DNA of 64,000 nt from Vicugna vicugna (Eukaryota), in NCBI GenBank assembly GCA_013265495.1, contig MU058290.1, positions 496,001 through 560,000 on the forward strand, in the 5' to 3' direction. Below are positions 62,197 through 64,000 of the stretch, in pieces. Position 1 is the stretch's first letter. Every line of letters starts with the position of its first letter. The notes beneath the pieces were generated by a model, which saw only the letters and a list, made by a program, of their open reading frames with translations, did no database searches and was not told the DNA's origin. The position numbers and the translations under genes were made by a program.

Positions 62197-64000
62197 TAAA
62201 GATTTATGTTAACTCCTGCTAAAGATGAGGGTTGGCAGGTATTAAGCAAAGACCTGGAGCACCTCTGGCAACAATTTGAGGATGTTTTATTCACAAAGAG
62301 ACATCTATAAGATTGTAGGTATGGGTATATACTATCATGTTTGTCAACTAAACTTTGTATGAATATGTAGCCATAGCAATAAAATAAAATATAGCAACTT
62401 TTGTAAAAGTGGGAACTAAACAAACATTATTTGTATATAAAGTGAACTTAAAGCTCTCTTTAATTTTTAAAGTTTTTATTCAGAACATTTCTAAGTATAT
62501 TGCCTTCTGTTGAATATTAGCTTTTCTTTTCCACTGTTCCTAATTGCTTTTCTATTAACCTTATACTAATTACTTTATTGTAACTCAATCTTAAAACAAG
62601 GAAGTACTCAGACTCTATTTCTTGCATAAATTGTCTCTATAATCCTCTTCTCAAAAATACACCTGATGAATAAATTTTAGCAACTAGTCCAGTTTCCTGG
62701 AACAGACATGCTTTAACTTTGTGCACTTCTGCTTTGTGATTGATCTTTCTTCTATCTTAACTGCCAGATTCTATTACTAAGCAAATCGGACACAAGAAAA
62801 ATGCATCTTCCAGCATGTCTTGCTATCACAATCCTTCCTCCCTTAACTTGCATCTTTAGCATCTTACCCGTAGGGACTAGGTATGGACTACTTCTAACCT
62901 TTCCCAGTTTGTCTTCTGGAATTTCAGTTGCTGTGATTGTTTCTCTCTCAGAGAACATTTAGAAGGGAAAGAGGATAATTACTCAAGTTCTCTGATCCAG
63001 GACAATTGCCATGAATTCATCAGTTGGTCTTCATTTCATGAAGCCATTCTAGGGCATGTCACGTGCTAACGTCTAGGCTGATTTTTAAAACAATTAATTC
63101 AGTATTATTTTCTTGTTAATTAACATTTATTCTCACTAGAATTTGGAATACATTATCTATTAGTCTTATTGACACTTTCATTATTTATTTTCATTATGAT
63201 TATAATTTATGCCTCTAATATGCATCAGACTCTGTGCTGGACATGTGACATTTGGTTTCTCAATTTTATTTCATAAAACTCTACATGTTCTTAGCATTTC
63301 TAGCTCAGATAAGAAAAATTAAGTTCCAAAAGGTAGTAACTCTGAAGAAATGGAGTTAGGAAGTCTTCAAAATTAAAAAGCAGCTGGAAAGAGGCATGGA
63401 TTTTTCTATTTTTGTGATAATCTAGTGGATTTGTATATAACTGGATTTTTTATTATTTCTGTATCTTCTTGTGCATTTAATAAAAATTTGGAGGAAGGTG
63501 ATTTGAAATTTTTCAACTATTTAAAGCAATATAAGCTAAACTTTCAGAAAATTTTTGAGTTTAACCAAAATCTCAAAATACACATTTGTTCTGGTTTACC
63601 CTTTGAAGCCACTCAGAACAAATTACATTTTAAGCCCTCTCTGAGTCTTTTTATTTCCAACTTAAAATGAGTCTTCAACAGTCTGTGGAAGAATAACTGA
63701 TAGATTTTCATGGATCAGGGAGGATGCAGTTTTTAATTGAAAGGTAATTGTGTCATCCTCACTTCACAAACATCAAGTGTGGTTGTGGAGAGGATAATGT
63801 TCTGAAAGATGAGATGGAGATCAGGCTGACAGAAGAAAATTGAGGTAGAACCTAATGTTATTTATCAGAGAAGATTTCTACGTAAGAGATACAGATAAGT
63901 ATCTGTGAATTCGTAGACTCAGTTTATTTAGGGAAATAAGGACAGTTTTTGTCTTGTTTATCACTGTATGCCTGGTGCCTAGCACAGTGTCTGACAAGTA

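Noticed and set aside
1..64000. CRISPR array, operon or other prokaryotic system
   Set aside because: The sequence is clearly mammalian and shows no repeat-spacer structure.

Overview
Mammalian olfactory receptor (OR) gene cluster, most likely camelid, judging from two tRNA-derived SINEs resembling the camelid vic-1 family. It holds six intact class II OR coding regions: three OR11-family genes on the minus strand and three OR4-family genes on the plus strand. One is a clear OR4Q3 orthologue and one is OR11H1/2/12-like. From recalled human synteny, the order resembles OR11J-OR11H-OR11K-OR4Q-OR4H, with an extra OR4K-like gene between the OR11H-like and OR11K-like genes. The rest is AT-rich DNA with L1, HAL1-like, L2, MIR, ERVL/LTR, hAT and microsatellite repeats; nearly all short ORFs in the track are noise. 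I see no new gene family. The notable signals are structural: (1) a 197-bp, about 93% identical inverted duplication bracketing the OR4K-like coding exon; (2) a probable split start codon (AT|G across an intron) for OR4Q3 and an in-frame upstream coding exon for the OR4H-like gene; (3) an L1 insertion with an apparent 3' transduction; (4) a roughly 170-bp direct duplication upstream of the OR4H-like gene; (5) conserved-motif losses in two intact OR11 genes. Family and repeat names come from recall of consensus sequences, not from database searches.
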